Assembly (NCBI GenBank): GCA_045643205.1 | Contig: JAZUKI010000006.1 | Coordinates: 1-64,000 of the forward strand | Direction: 5' to 3' | DNA: 64,000 bases | Origin: Clostridia bacterium | Lineage (GTDB): Bacteria; Bacillota; Clostridia; TANB77; CAG-508 | Shown here: one piece after another, positions 32,649 through 40,730 of the stretch | Numbering within the stretch: position 1 is the stretch's first letter | Layout: each line of letters opens with the position of its first letter | Position numbers and translations under genes: made by a program | Notes under the pieces: model-generated | What the model saw: the letters and a program-made list of their open reading frames with translations, nothing else | Database searches by the model: none | Told to the model about the DNA's origin: nothing

Positions 32649-33635
32649 TTAATATATAGCCCAAACACTAATTATTGCTCCAATTAATGTTATTAAATTA
32701 AATACAATAACAATCTTTCTCTCTCTCCATCCTTTTAATTGAAAATGATGATGGATTGGTGCCATTTTAAATAATCTTTTCTTTGTCTTTTTATAATAAA
32801 GTACTTGTAAAATAACTGATACAGTTTCGATAATTGGAATAATAGCCATAAATAAAAGTAAAAGTGGTACTTTCATATATAAGCACATTCCAGCAATTGC
32901 TCCACCTAATAATAATGATCCTGTATCACCCATAAATATATGTGCGGGATGAATATTGAAAATTAAATATCCAAGTTCAACCCCCATAATAATACATCCA
33001 AAAATTGTAACCTCTTTGATACCCATAATAATTGAAATAACAGTTAAACATGCAATAATTATAGTAGTAACAGTAGTTGACAATCCATCAACTCCATCCG
33101 TTAAATTAACAGCATTAGTTGTTCCAACAATTATAAATAATGCAAATGGTATATACAACCAAATAGGCATTGTCCAATATACATCTATAAATGGAATAAA
33201 TGTAGTTGTTCCATTATTAAAAACAAATAATAATAAACATATATAAATAGTTGCTATTACTATAAGTCCTATCATTTTAGCTCTAGGACTAAGTCCATCT
33301 TGATTTCTTAATATAACTTTCTTAAAATCATCTATTAATCCTATAATACCAAAGCCCATAGTAACAAATATTATTGGTAATAATCTTGTCGCTATCTCTG
33401 GTTCATCTGCATTATAATTAAAGAATAAGAATACGCTTAGTATTATTGTAGCAATTATAATAATTAAACCACCCATTGTTGGTACACTACTTTTTCTTCC
33501 TACAACAGTTTCTTGAATTCCTAATTCTCTCTCTGTTTGTTTAATATTTCTTCTTTTAAGAATAGGTATTATTATACAAGCAATAACTGTACTTACAGCG
33601 TATGAAAGTAATAATATCTTAAGCTGAAAATTCAT
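32649..33635 (-). CDS. mraY: phospho-N-acetylmuramoyl-pentapeptide transferase
   Basis: PTMGG, IDD, NLTDGVDGL, FMGDTGS, APIHHHF. Confidence 0.96.
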   Translation of the reverse strand: MNFQLKILLLSYAVSTVIACIIIPILKRRNIKQTERELGIQETVVGRKSSVPTMGGLIIIIATIILSVFLFFNYNADEPEIATRLLPIIFVTMGFGIIGLIDDFKKVILRNQDGLSPRAKMIGLIVIATIYICLLLFVFNNGTTTFIPFIDVYWTMPIWLYIPFALFIIVGTTNAVNLTDGVDGLSTTVTTIIIACLTVISIIMGIKEVTIFGCIIMGVELGYLIFNIHPAHIFMGDTGSLLLGGAIAGMCLYMKVPLLLLFMAIIPIIETVSVILQVLYYKKTKKRLFKMAPIHHHFQLKGWRERKIVIVFNLITLIGAIISVWAIY

Positions 33636-33654
33636 TAAAATTTATCTCCTATTT

Positions 33655-35145
33655 TTATTGTTTTCTTGCCTCAAGAATTTCATCAATTACTTTTTTAATA
33701 ATTTCTCTTTCATCATAAGGTAATTTCTCATGATTTATTTCTTGATATGTTTCATGGCCTTTTCCTGCTAAAACAATAATGTCAATCTTATTAGCCATTT
33801 CTATAGCTTTTTTAATAGCTTGAGTTCTATCAACAACAACTTCATATTTTCCAGTTGTTTTCTTCATTCCTTCTTCAATTTGATCAACAATCTTTTGTGG
33901 ATCTTCTGTACGAGGATTATCTGAAGTTATAATTGTGTAGTTTGCAATTTTTCCTGAAACTTCGCCCATATGGGCTCTCTTTGTAGAATCTCTATCTCCT
34001 CCACAACCAAATACTGAAATAACTCTTCCTCTTGTATATGCTTTAACAGCTGAAAGAATATTGTTTAAACTTTCAGTAGAATGAGCATAATCAATCATAA
34101 TAGTTAATCCAAGTTTGTTGTCTACTAATTCACTTCTTCCTGGAACTCTTACTTCTTCTAAAGCAGCTTTAATATTTTCTGTTGAACATCCTAATTTTTC
34201 TGCTGCACAAATAGCTGCTAAACTATTGTATACGCTAAATCTTCCAGGTATATATGTTTTTATTCTTTCATTTTTTGAATTTATTCTTACTCTAAAATCA
34301 ACATAAGAATTAGTAATAGTTATATCCTTTGCTAAATAATCAGAACCATTATCAATTCCATATGTTTTAAATTTGCAATCAGGTACCATGTTAGGAACTC
34401 TCAAAGTATGTAAATCATCGCTGTTTACAAATCCTGTTTTGCACATGCTAAACAATTTAACTTTTGATTCAAAGTAATCTTTTATATCTGGGTGCTCATT
34501 TTTTGATATATGATCTTCTGAAAGATTTGTAAATATACCAATATCAAAATCACATCCATCAACTCTATGAAGTTTTAAACTTTGTGAAGAAACTTCCATA
34601 ACAATAGCTTTGCAGCCATCTTTAACCATTTCATTAAATAAATATTGAAGATGTAAACTATCTGGAGTTGTTCTATCACTATCTTCTATTTTTTTATCTC
34701 CACTATAACTTGCAATAGTTCCAACTAAACCTGCTTTGATTCCTTGTTTATCAAGTATTTTCTTAAGCATAAATGTTGTAGTTGTTTTTCCTTTAGTACC
34801 AGTAACACCAATAAGTGATACTTTTTTAGAAGGATTATCATAAAAATTGCAAGCGCATTTTGCTACTGCTATTCTAGTGCTTGGTGTTGTTATTAAAGTT
34901 ATACCTTCAGGTATTGATGAAATAACATTTTTTGCTTCTTCTTCATCTATTAATACTACCTTTGCTCCATTTTCTATAGCCTTAGCTATATATTTATGTC
35001 CATCTACTTCAAAACCTTTAATAGCAATGAACATATCTCCTTCCTTAACTGCTCTTGAATCTGCTGTTATGTTAGGAATTTCAAGGTCTAAATCTCCTTT
35101 CGCTTTAAGGCCTTCAACTCCTGCTAAAATCTTTTTTAATTCCAT
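33655..35145 (-). CDS. murE: UDP-MurNAc-dipeptide--DAP ligase
   Basis: GVTGTKGKTT, MEVSS, DYAH, GCGGDRD, DNPR (meso-DAP type). Confidence 0.95.
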   Translation of the reverse strand: MELKKILAGVEGLKAKGDLDLEIPNITADSRAVKEGDMFIAIKGFEVDGHKYIAKAIENGAKVVLIDEEEAKNVISSIPEGITLITTPSTRIAVAKCACNFYDNPSKKVSLIGVTGTKGKTTTTFMLKKILDKQGIKAGLVGTIASYSGDKKIEDSDRTTPDSLHLQYLFNEMVKDGCKAIVMEVSSQSLKLHRVDGCDFDIGIFTNLSEDHISKNEHPDIKDYFESKVKLFSMCKTGFVNSDDLHTLRVPNMVPDCKFKTYGIDNGSDYLAKDITITNSYVDFRVRINSKNERIKTYIPGRFSVYNSLAAICAAEKLGCSTENIKAALEEVRVPGRSELVDNKLGLTIMIDYAHSTESLNNILSAVKAYTRGRVISVFGCGGDRDSTKRAHMGEVSGKIANYTIITSDNPRTEDPQKIVDQIEEGMKKTTGKYEVVVDRTQAIKKAIEMANKIDIIVLAGKGHETYQEINHEKLPYDEREIIKKVIDEILEARKQ

Positions 35146-35280
35146 ATATATTGTCTCCTTATATTATATATTTCAATATAATTAAATATAATTAACCAAA
35201 CAAAGTAAAATTATTTACTTTATATAAAGTCGGCTTTTTACGTTTAACATTATATAACAAATCCACTAATAATTACAAGC

Positions 35281-35310
35281 AAAAAACACTACTGATTTAG
35301 TAGTGCTTTT
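35281..35310. terminator. hairpin terminator between ftsL-like gene and murE
   Basis: aaaaaacactac-tgattta-gtagtgcttttt. Confidence 0.65.
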
Positions 35311-35331
35311 TACATTTATATAAATAAATCA

Positions 35332-36096
35332 TTAATTATCATTTGAAGGTTTTATAAAATCTGATTTGTCTAAATCTACATATACTTTTTGTTGATTATC
35401 AACTTTTTGCATTCCCAATTGCTCTTTTGCTTCTTGTTCAATTGTCTTCATATTTGTAGCACCTTCAATTTTAACTTCCAATTGCTCATTTTGTTTTAAA
35501 ACTTCAGACAATCTACTTTCTAACTTTTTCTTTTCCATAAAAGAAGCATTTACTAATGAATATTGATAAACAATTCCTAAACAAACTACAAATGCAATAA
35601 TTGTTGTTAAAACAATATTTCTAGTTCTATGTCTAACATTAACTTGCTTTGCTTCTAATTTTTTACTATCCCATTTAATTTCTTCAACTAATGGTTGTGA
35701 AAAATCTGTTACCATTGCAGCCTTAACTACTTTTGGCTTTCTATCTCTGTGAGATTCATTCATAGTTCTTGGTTTTGAAATACTAGCTTTTGATGTACTA
35801 ACTTTTGAAGCACTAGCTTTTTTCACATTAGCTTTTGTTTCGCTAGTTCTTGCTACATTAGATCTTGTTGAACTAGTCTTTGCCATGCTAGATTTTACTG
35901 AACTTCTTGTTCTAGCTCTACTTTGACTAACATCATTTAAACTCTCAACTTTTCCATTAATTGTAATTGTTGGAACATCTTTATCTTCAGCTATACTTGC
36001 ATGTTTATTTTTAACTCTTTCTTCAATTTTGTTTTCAAAATTTGCTTCTCTTAAAGTTCTAGGATCAATTAAAGTAGCTTCAAAATAATCAACCAT
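35332..36096 (-). CDS. ftsL: FtsL-like cell division protein with long disordered N-terminus
   Basis: After rsmH; single TM, coiled coil, IEQEAKEQLGM motif. Confidence 0.75.
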   Translation of the reverse strand: MVDYFEATLIDPRTLREANFENKIEERVKNKHASIAEDKDVPTITINGKVESLNDVSQSRARTRSSVKSSMAKTSSTRSNVARTSETKANVKKASASKVSTSKASISKPRTMNESHRDRKPKVVKAAMVTDFSQPLVEEIKWDSKKLEAKQVNVRHRTRNIVLTTIIAFVVCLGIVYQYSLVNASFMEKKKLESRLSEVLKQNEQLEVKIEGATNMKTIEQEAKEQLGMQKVDNQQKVYVDLDKSDFIKPSNDN

Positions 36097-36157
36097 AAAT
36101 ATCTCACCTCACTTTCTTTTGTTTTTCTTTTGTTTATATTTTAATTAACATTTTAAA

Positions 36158-37081
36158 TTAATCTCTTCGCTCAAAAATTCTTAGCTTAGCACTCTTTGAA
36201 CGACTATTGTTTTGTAATTCTGTTTCTGTTGCTTCTATTGGTTTTCTATTTACTAACACCCCTAAAGCTTTAGCACCACATACACAAGGTAGTCCCGGAG
36301 GACAAGTGCATTTTCCTAAGGCATCTTGGAATGCATATTTAACTGCTGCATCTTCTAATGAATGGAATGTTATAATTGCTAATCTTCCGCCCACTTTTAA
36401 CTTCTTAATACAATTCATTGTTGTATCATATAGTGGTTTTATTTCATTATTAACCTCTATTCTTATTGCTTGAAATGTACGCTTTGCTGGATGTCCATCT
36501 TTTGAATAAGGTCTTGATTTTTCAATAATATCAACTAACTGTTTTGTTGTTTTTATTGGTTCAATTTTTCTTGCTATAACAATATTTTTAGCAATTTGAC
36601 GAGAAAACTTTTCTTCGCCATATTCATAAATAATATTTGCTAATTTTTCTTCAGGATATTTATTAACAACATCAAATGCAGAAAACTTTTGAGTTTTATC
36701 CATTCTCATATCTAATTCGTTATCACCTAAATAACTAAATCCTCTTTCTTTTTCATCTAATTGATATGATGAAACTCCTAAATCTAATAGTATTCCATCA
36801 ACTTCATCAATATTTAACTCTTCTAAAATTTGAGGAATATTATCATGATTATCGTGAACTAGTTTGTAATTTTTATATCCTTCTAAATTACTTTCTGCTG
36901 CTTTTAAAGCTTCTTCATCTCTATCAATTCCAATTAATAGACCATCCTCAGAAAGTTTTTCTATAATTCTTTTGCTGTGCCCTGCTCCGCCAATTGTTCC
37001 ATCAACATATATGCCATCAGCATTTATGTTAAGACCTTCAATTACTTCATTAAGCATAACAGGCAAGTGTTTAAATTCCAA
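36158..37081 (-). CDS. rsmH: 16S rRNA m4C1402 methyltransferase
   Basis: DGTIGGAGHS, DLGVSSYQLD, FQAIRIEVN, TFHSLED; TTG start. Confidence 0.97.
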   Translation of the reverse strand: MEFKHLPVMLNEVIEGLNINADGIYVDGTIGGAGHSKRIIEKLSEDGLLIGIDRDEEALKAAESNLEGYKNYKLVHDNHDNIPQILEELNIDEVDGILLDLGVSSYQLDEKERGFSYLGDNELDMRMDKTQKFSAFDVVNKYPEEKLANIIYEYGEEKFSRQIAKNIVIARKIEPIKTTKQLVDIIEKSRPYSKDGHPAKRTFQAIRIEVNNEIKPLYDTTMNCIKKLKVGGRLAIITFHSLEDAAVKYAFQDALGKCTCPPGLPCVCGAKALGVLVNRKPIEATETELQNNSRSKSAKLRIFERRD

Positions 37082-37399
37082 AATTAATACCTAACCTTTC
37101 ACTTGTACTTTATAAAAAAATAAAGTCCTTAAGGCTGGCACATATTCTTTCAAATACATGCCAACCCTTTGTCTTTGGTATTTTAAAAATCTTTTGTGTG
37201 ATTTTTTCTTTCGTATTTTAAAATCTTTTGTATTGCACAACTTCGTGCTTTTTCTTTCGTTTTTACTTGCTTTTCTCTTTAGTAAAAATAGTAAAAATTT
37301 AAATTTTTGTCTTTTGTAAAACTTTGACCTTTGTTTCTTTGCTCTGCTTTTTCCTTGGTATTTTTATATAAACTTTTGTAAAAGTTATATAAACGTAAA

Positions 37400-37840
37400 T
37401 TATATTCCTAGTATTCCAATCTCAGACATCTTCTCTGCAATTTTATCAACAGATAAATTATCTTCACTGTTATACTCTTCCCATTTTTTCTTATCCCAAA
37501 TTTCAATTCTAGTTCCAACGCCTATGATAACAGCATCCTTTGTTAATGATGCATACTCTCTTAAGTTTGCTGGTACTAAGAATCTTCCTTGTTTGTCTGT
37601 TTCTTCTTCAACTGCTCCAGATAAGAAAAATCTGACAAAATCTCTTGTATTTTTATTAGTAAGTGGAAGTGTTTTTAACTTCTCTGCAAATTTATTCCAT
37701 TCAGTAAGTGAATAGCCAAATAAACATCCATCTAATCCTTTTGTAATTATAAACTCTTTACCTAAATCATCTTTGATTTTTGCAGGTAATATAAGTCTTC
37801 CTTTTGTATCAATTGAGTGTTCAAACTCCCCGATTAGCAA
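37400..37840 (-). CDS. mraZ: division/cell wall cluster repressor MraZ
   Basis: DTKGR and DKQGR repeats; likely TTG start at 37840 behind GGAGGTG. Confidence 0.96.
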   Translation of the reverse strand: MLIGEFEHSIDTKGRLILPAKIKDDLGKEFIITKGLDGCLFGYSLTEWNKFAEKLKTLPLTNKNTRDFVRFFLSGAVEEETDKQGRFLVPANLREYASLTKDAVIIGVGTRIEIWDKKKWEEYNSEDNLSVDKIAEKMSEIGILGI

Positions 37841-37855
37841 TGTTTTATTCACCTC

Positions 37856-37884
37856 CTCCACTTTTCACCACTTTGTTCCACTTT
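37856..37884 (-). promoter_or_regulatory. MraZ-binding repeats
   Basis: Three AAAGTGG boxes at exact 10-bp spacing (ccac at 37858, 37868, 37878) abutting the mraZ RBS. Confidence 0.8.
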
Positions 37885-38048
37885 TGTAGAAATTTTACAG
37901 TAAAACATAATAAAAAGCAATATATTTTTAGAATTTTTTCCACTCTAAATTCTAAAAAAATTACTCATTTCCCTTGTACTTATTTACCAACAATAGTTTC
38001 AGCAAATATTACTTTTTTGTCATATAAAAAATTAATTCAAGGTTTGTT

Positions 38049-38124
38049 TTTTGCATAAAAAAATACTAGTTTTTTTTACATAAAAAAGCACTAGTTCTTT
38101 TGCATAAAAAAAGTACTAGTTTTT
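38049..38124. repeat. three ~25-bp imperfect tandem repeats (tttgcataaaaaa..actagtt)
   Basis: Seen directly; the unit equals the 3' arm plus U-tract of the terminator overlapping the GGDEF stop. Confidence 0.8.
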
Positions 38125-38148
38125 GTGAATTAAATTTGTTTCACAAAA

Positions 38149-39123
38149 TTAAACTAGTACTCTTTTCTTTTTAATTTTATCTATAATTTGATCTCTGTTT
38201 TTTCTTCTATCTACTACGTATGAACTTCCAAAAATTGTTTTAGCTAAATGTTTTACTGCTGCCCCTGCTTCTCCTATTTCTAAGCTGTTTTTAAATCTTT
38301 CAGGTGTTACTTCTACAATCCCTATAGATATTGAAGTTAAAGGAAACTGTTCTAACACTCCTTTTCTATTTTCTATTTCTAAGTATCCTCTTTGATAATC
38401 TTCCTTTTCAAAATATTTTTCTATTTGACTATCATAATCTGTTATTATACTTTGTGCGACCTTTTCATAATTTTGATCTTCAAGAATTGCAATAAAATCA
38501 TCTCCACCAATATGTCCAACAAAATTATTAGAACCTTCTATTTTCAACACATTAGTAGTTAAGATTTTAGCTGTAAATTTAATTATTTCATCTCCATTTG
38601 AGAAACCATAATAATCATTGTAAGCTTTGAAGTTATCCAAGTCTACATAGAACATTTGAAATGTCTTACCCTGCTCTAATCTTTTGTTCATCTGATCTTG
38701 AATTTGAGCGTTTCCTGGTAATCCAGTTAATGGACTAACTGTCTTATTTGAGTTAAGTAATCTTAAAAAATTCTTAATACTATAAAAAAGTACTTCATAG
38801 CTTACTGGTTTTTTTAGATATAACTCTACATCATTTTGCAAGATATCAACTACATGTGAATCATCTTGATTAGAAGAGACTACAACTATCGGTGTACGCG
38901 TATTATCTACATCAGCTCTAATTTGCTTACATATAGAAAATATATCGCTTCCTTCAGGTATTTCATCCTCATTAATTATTATAATGTCTGGTGTTGTAAG
39001 TATTTCGCTAAAAAAATCTTGGAATTCATATCTTTCAACTTTTGTATTTTTTTCTCTTTTAAATAACGCAGTTAGATTATTATTAATTTCTTCTTGATGA
39101 TCTAAAACATAAATGTTTCTCAT
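38149..39123 (-). CDS. receiver-like domain + GGDEF diguanylate cyclase
   Basis: SPLTGLPGN, DLDNFKAYNDYYG..NGD, HIGGDDF; the REC domain lacks the phospho-acceptor Asp. Confidence 0.88.
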   Translation of the reverse strand: MRNIYVLDHQEEINNNLTALFKREKNTKVERYEFQDFFSEILTTPDIIIINEDEIPEGSDIFSICKQIRADVDNTRTPIVVVSSNQDDSHVVDILQNDVELYLKKPVSYEVLFYSIKNFLRLLNSNKTVSPLTGLPGNAQIQDQMNKRLEQGKTFQMFYVDLDNFKAYNDYYGFSNGDEIIKFTAKILTTNVLKIEGSNNFVGHIGGDDFIAILEDQNYEKVAQSIITDYDSQIEKYFEKEDYQRGYLEIENRKGVLEQFPLTSISIGIVEVTPERFKNSLEIGEAGAAVKHLAKTIFGSSYVVDRRKNRDQIIDKIKKKRVLV

Positions 39124-39185
39124 CGATAAATCAATTACCTTTCTACATTAATTTTTTCTTTTGGTTTTATTGTTTTTTAGTTTTA

Positions 39186-40505
39186 TTATTCTTTGATTTT
39201 TAATGAACCTTCTATTGTTGTTTCTAGTCCATTTACATTAGTTACAGTAACTTTAATTATATGATCACCAGTTGTTAATGTAACTGTTGCTGAAAGTTCT
39301 TTCAAATTATCTACTGGTTGATCAGCAACTTGGTTATCAACTGTAACTTTTATATTTGTTACTCCAATATCATCCTTCGCATTGATTGTTAAATCTTTAC
39401 CATTCAATTTGAATGTTATTACTGGTTTGTGAGATGCTTCTATTTTTTGCTCTATTGTTGTTTGATTATTATTAATATCAATTGCAGTAATAGTTAATGT
39501 ATCACTTACTGCTTCAGTAATTTCAACAGTTGCTGTTAATGTTTTTTCATTTTCATTTGCAGCTATGTATGTTGGTTCTTTACCTTGCCAGTTATACATT
39601 ATTGCTTTAATTCCATAATCATCTGTTGCAGTTATTTTAATAGTCTTTTGTACTGCAGTAACTTCAACTTTTGGTTTAGTTTGATCTGCATTTGTATTAA
39701 TATATGTTTTTGTATATGTATGTTCTGTTTCATAGCAGTCATAAACTCTCACTGTTAAAACAGGATTTCCATATGGTATTTCAACTGTCTTTTTAAAATT
39801 ATTTCTTCCATCTCCAGAAATATATGAAGAACCATTATTGTCCCAACTATATATAACTTTAGAAATAGGATTGTTAGCATTAAATGTTAAAGTTACTTCT
39901 GCATTCATTTGCAATGCGTGTACTTCAACTGTATCACTTTGTTTTGCCTTATTAGTAACCATTGCATATACTGATTTTCCTATCAATGTAATTGCAAAAA
40001 CAATTATTATCAAACAGTATATTTTTATAATTGATTTAATTTCTGCTCTTTGATTTTTTCCTCTTCGATATTCTTTTACATTAACATTATCTTCAACTAA
40101 ATTTTCTGCTGTTCTATCTGTTGTTTCTTCACCTAAAAAAATATTTCTTTTTGTTTCTACTATTTCTTCTTCAACTGCAGAATTATCCGTATTATTAAAA
40201 CTATTTAATCCTTGATTATAAAAATCTTGTTGTGCATTTTCAAAACCATTAAATTGATTATTAAATCCATCAAATTGATTATTTTCAAAATCATTAAATT
40301 GATTATTAAATCCATCAAATTGATTATTTTCAAAACCATTAAACTGATTGTTGAATCCATCAAATTGACTATTATTAAAGCCGCCAAATGAATCATTTAA
40401 TCCATTAAACTGACCATCATCAAAGCCATCAAATGGATTATTAAACTGATTATTATATGGGTTGTTGAATTGATTATTTAATTGGTTTTTCTCGTTTGGA
40501 TCCAT
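39186..40505 (-). CDS. single-pass membrane protein: NNQFDGF-repeat N-terminus, extracellular Ig-like domains
   Basis: Low-complexity N-terminus, TM (IYCLIIIVFAITLIG), three beta-rich repeats (ITATDDYGI, INAKDDIGV). Confidence 0.75.
   Translation of the reverse strand: MDPNEKNQLNNQFNNPYNNQFNNPFDGFDDGQFNGLNDSFGGFNNSQFDGFNNQFNGFENNQFDGFNNQFNDFENNQFDGFNNQFNGFENAQQDFYNQGLNSFNNTDNSAVEEEIVETKRNIFLGEETTDRTAENLVEDNVNVKEYRRGKNQRAEIKSIIKIYCLIIIVFAITLIGKSVYAMVTNKAKQSDTVEVHALQMNAEVTLTFNANNPISKVIYSWDNNGSSYISGDGRNNFKKTVEIPYGNPVLTVRVYDCYETEHTYTKTYINTNADQTKPKVEVTAVQKTIKITATDDYGIKAIMYNWQGKEPTYIAANENEKTLTATVEITEAVSDTLTITAIDINNNQTTIEQKIEASHKPVITFKLNGKDLTINAKDDIGVTNIKVTVDNQVADQPVDNLKELSATVTLTTGDHIIKVTVTNVNGLETTIEGSLKIKE
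40195..40490 (-). repeat. coding repeats (E)NNQF(D/N)GF, 21-24 bp units
   Basis: About 10 imperfect units visible in DNA and protein. Confidence 0.85.
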
Positions 40506-40615
40506 CAAGCTTCTCCTTTATCTTTAGTAAATTGTATTAAATCTAAAATTGGTCATAATAACGCATTTTTAACATTAATATTGTATAGTAAATAATTTTC
40601 TTTTTCAATAGAAAA

Positions 40616-40651
40616 AAGAAAACCATTTAGTGTTTTCTAAATGGTTTTCTT
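40616..40651. terminator. intrinsic terminator after surface-protein gene
   Basis: aagaaaaccatttag-tgtttt-ctaaatggttttctt perfect stem. Confidence 0.8.
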
Positions 40652-40730
40652 ATAATTATTTTTAATTAAACTATATATTAATTTTAAACTAAACTATATG
40701 CTAATTTTTAATTGAACTGCATATTACTTT

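Noticed and set aside
37160-38124. Short repeat clusters as a possible CRISPR array
   Set aside because: Repeats are degenerate and mostly adjacent, without uniform unique spacers; no cas genes.
38580-38650. GGDEF protein as a Hypr-type cGAMP synthase
   Set aside because: The specificity residue equivalent to PleD D344 is Asp (NGDE), not Ser/Thr.
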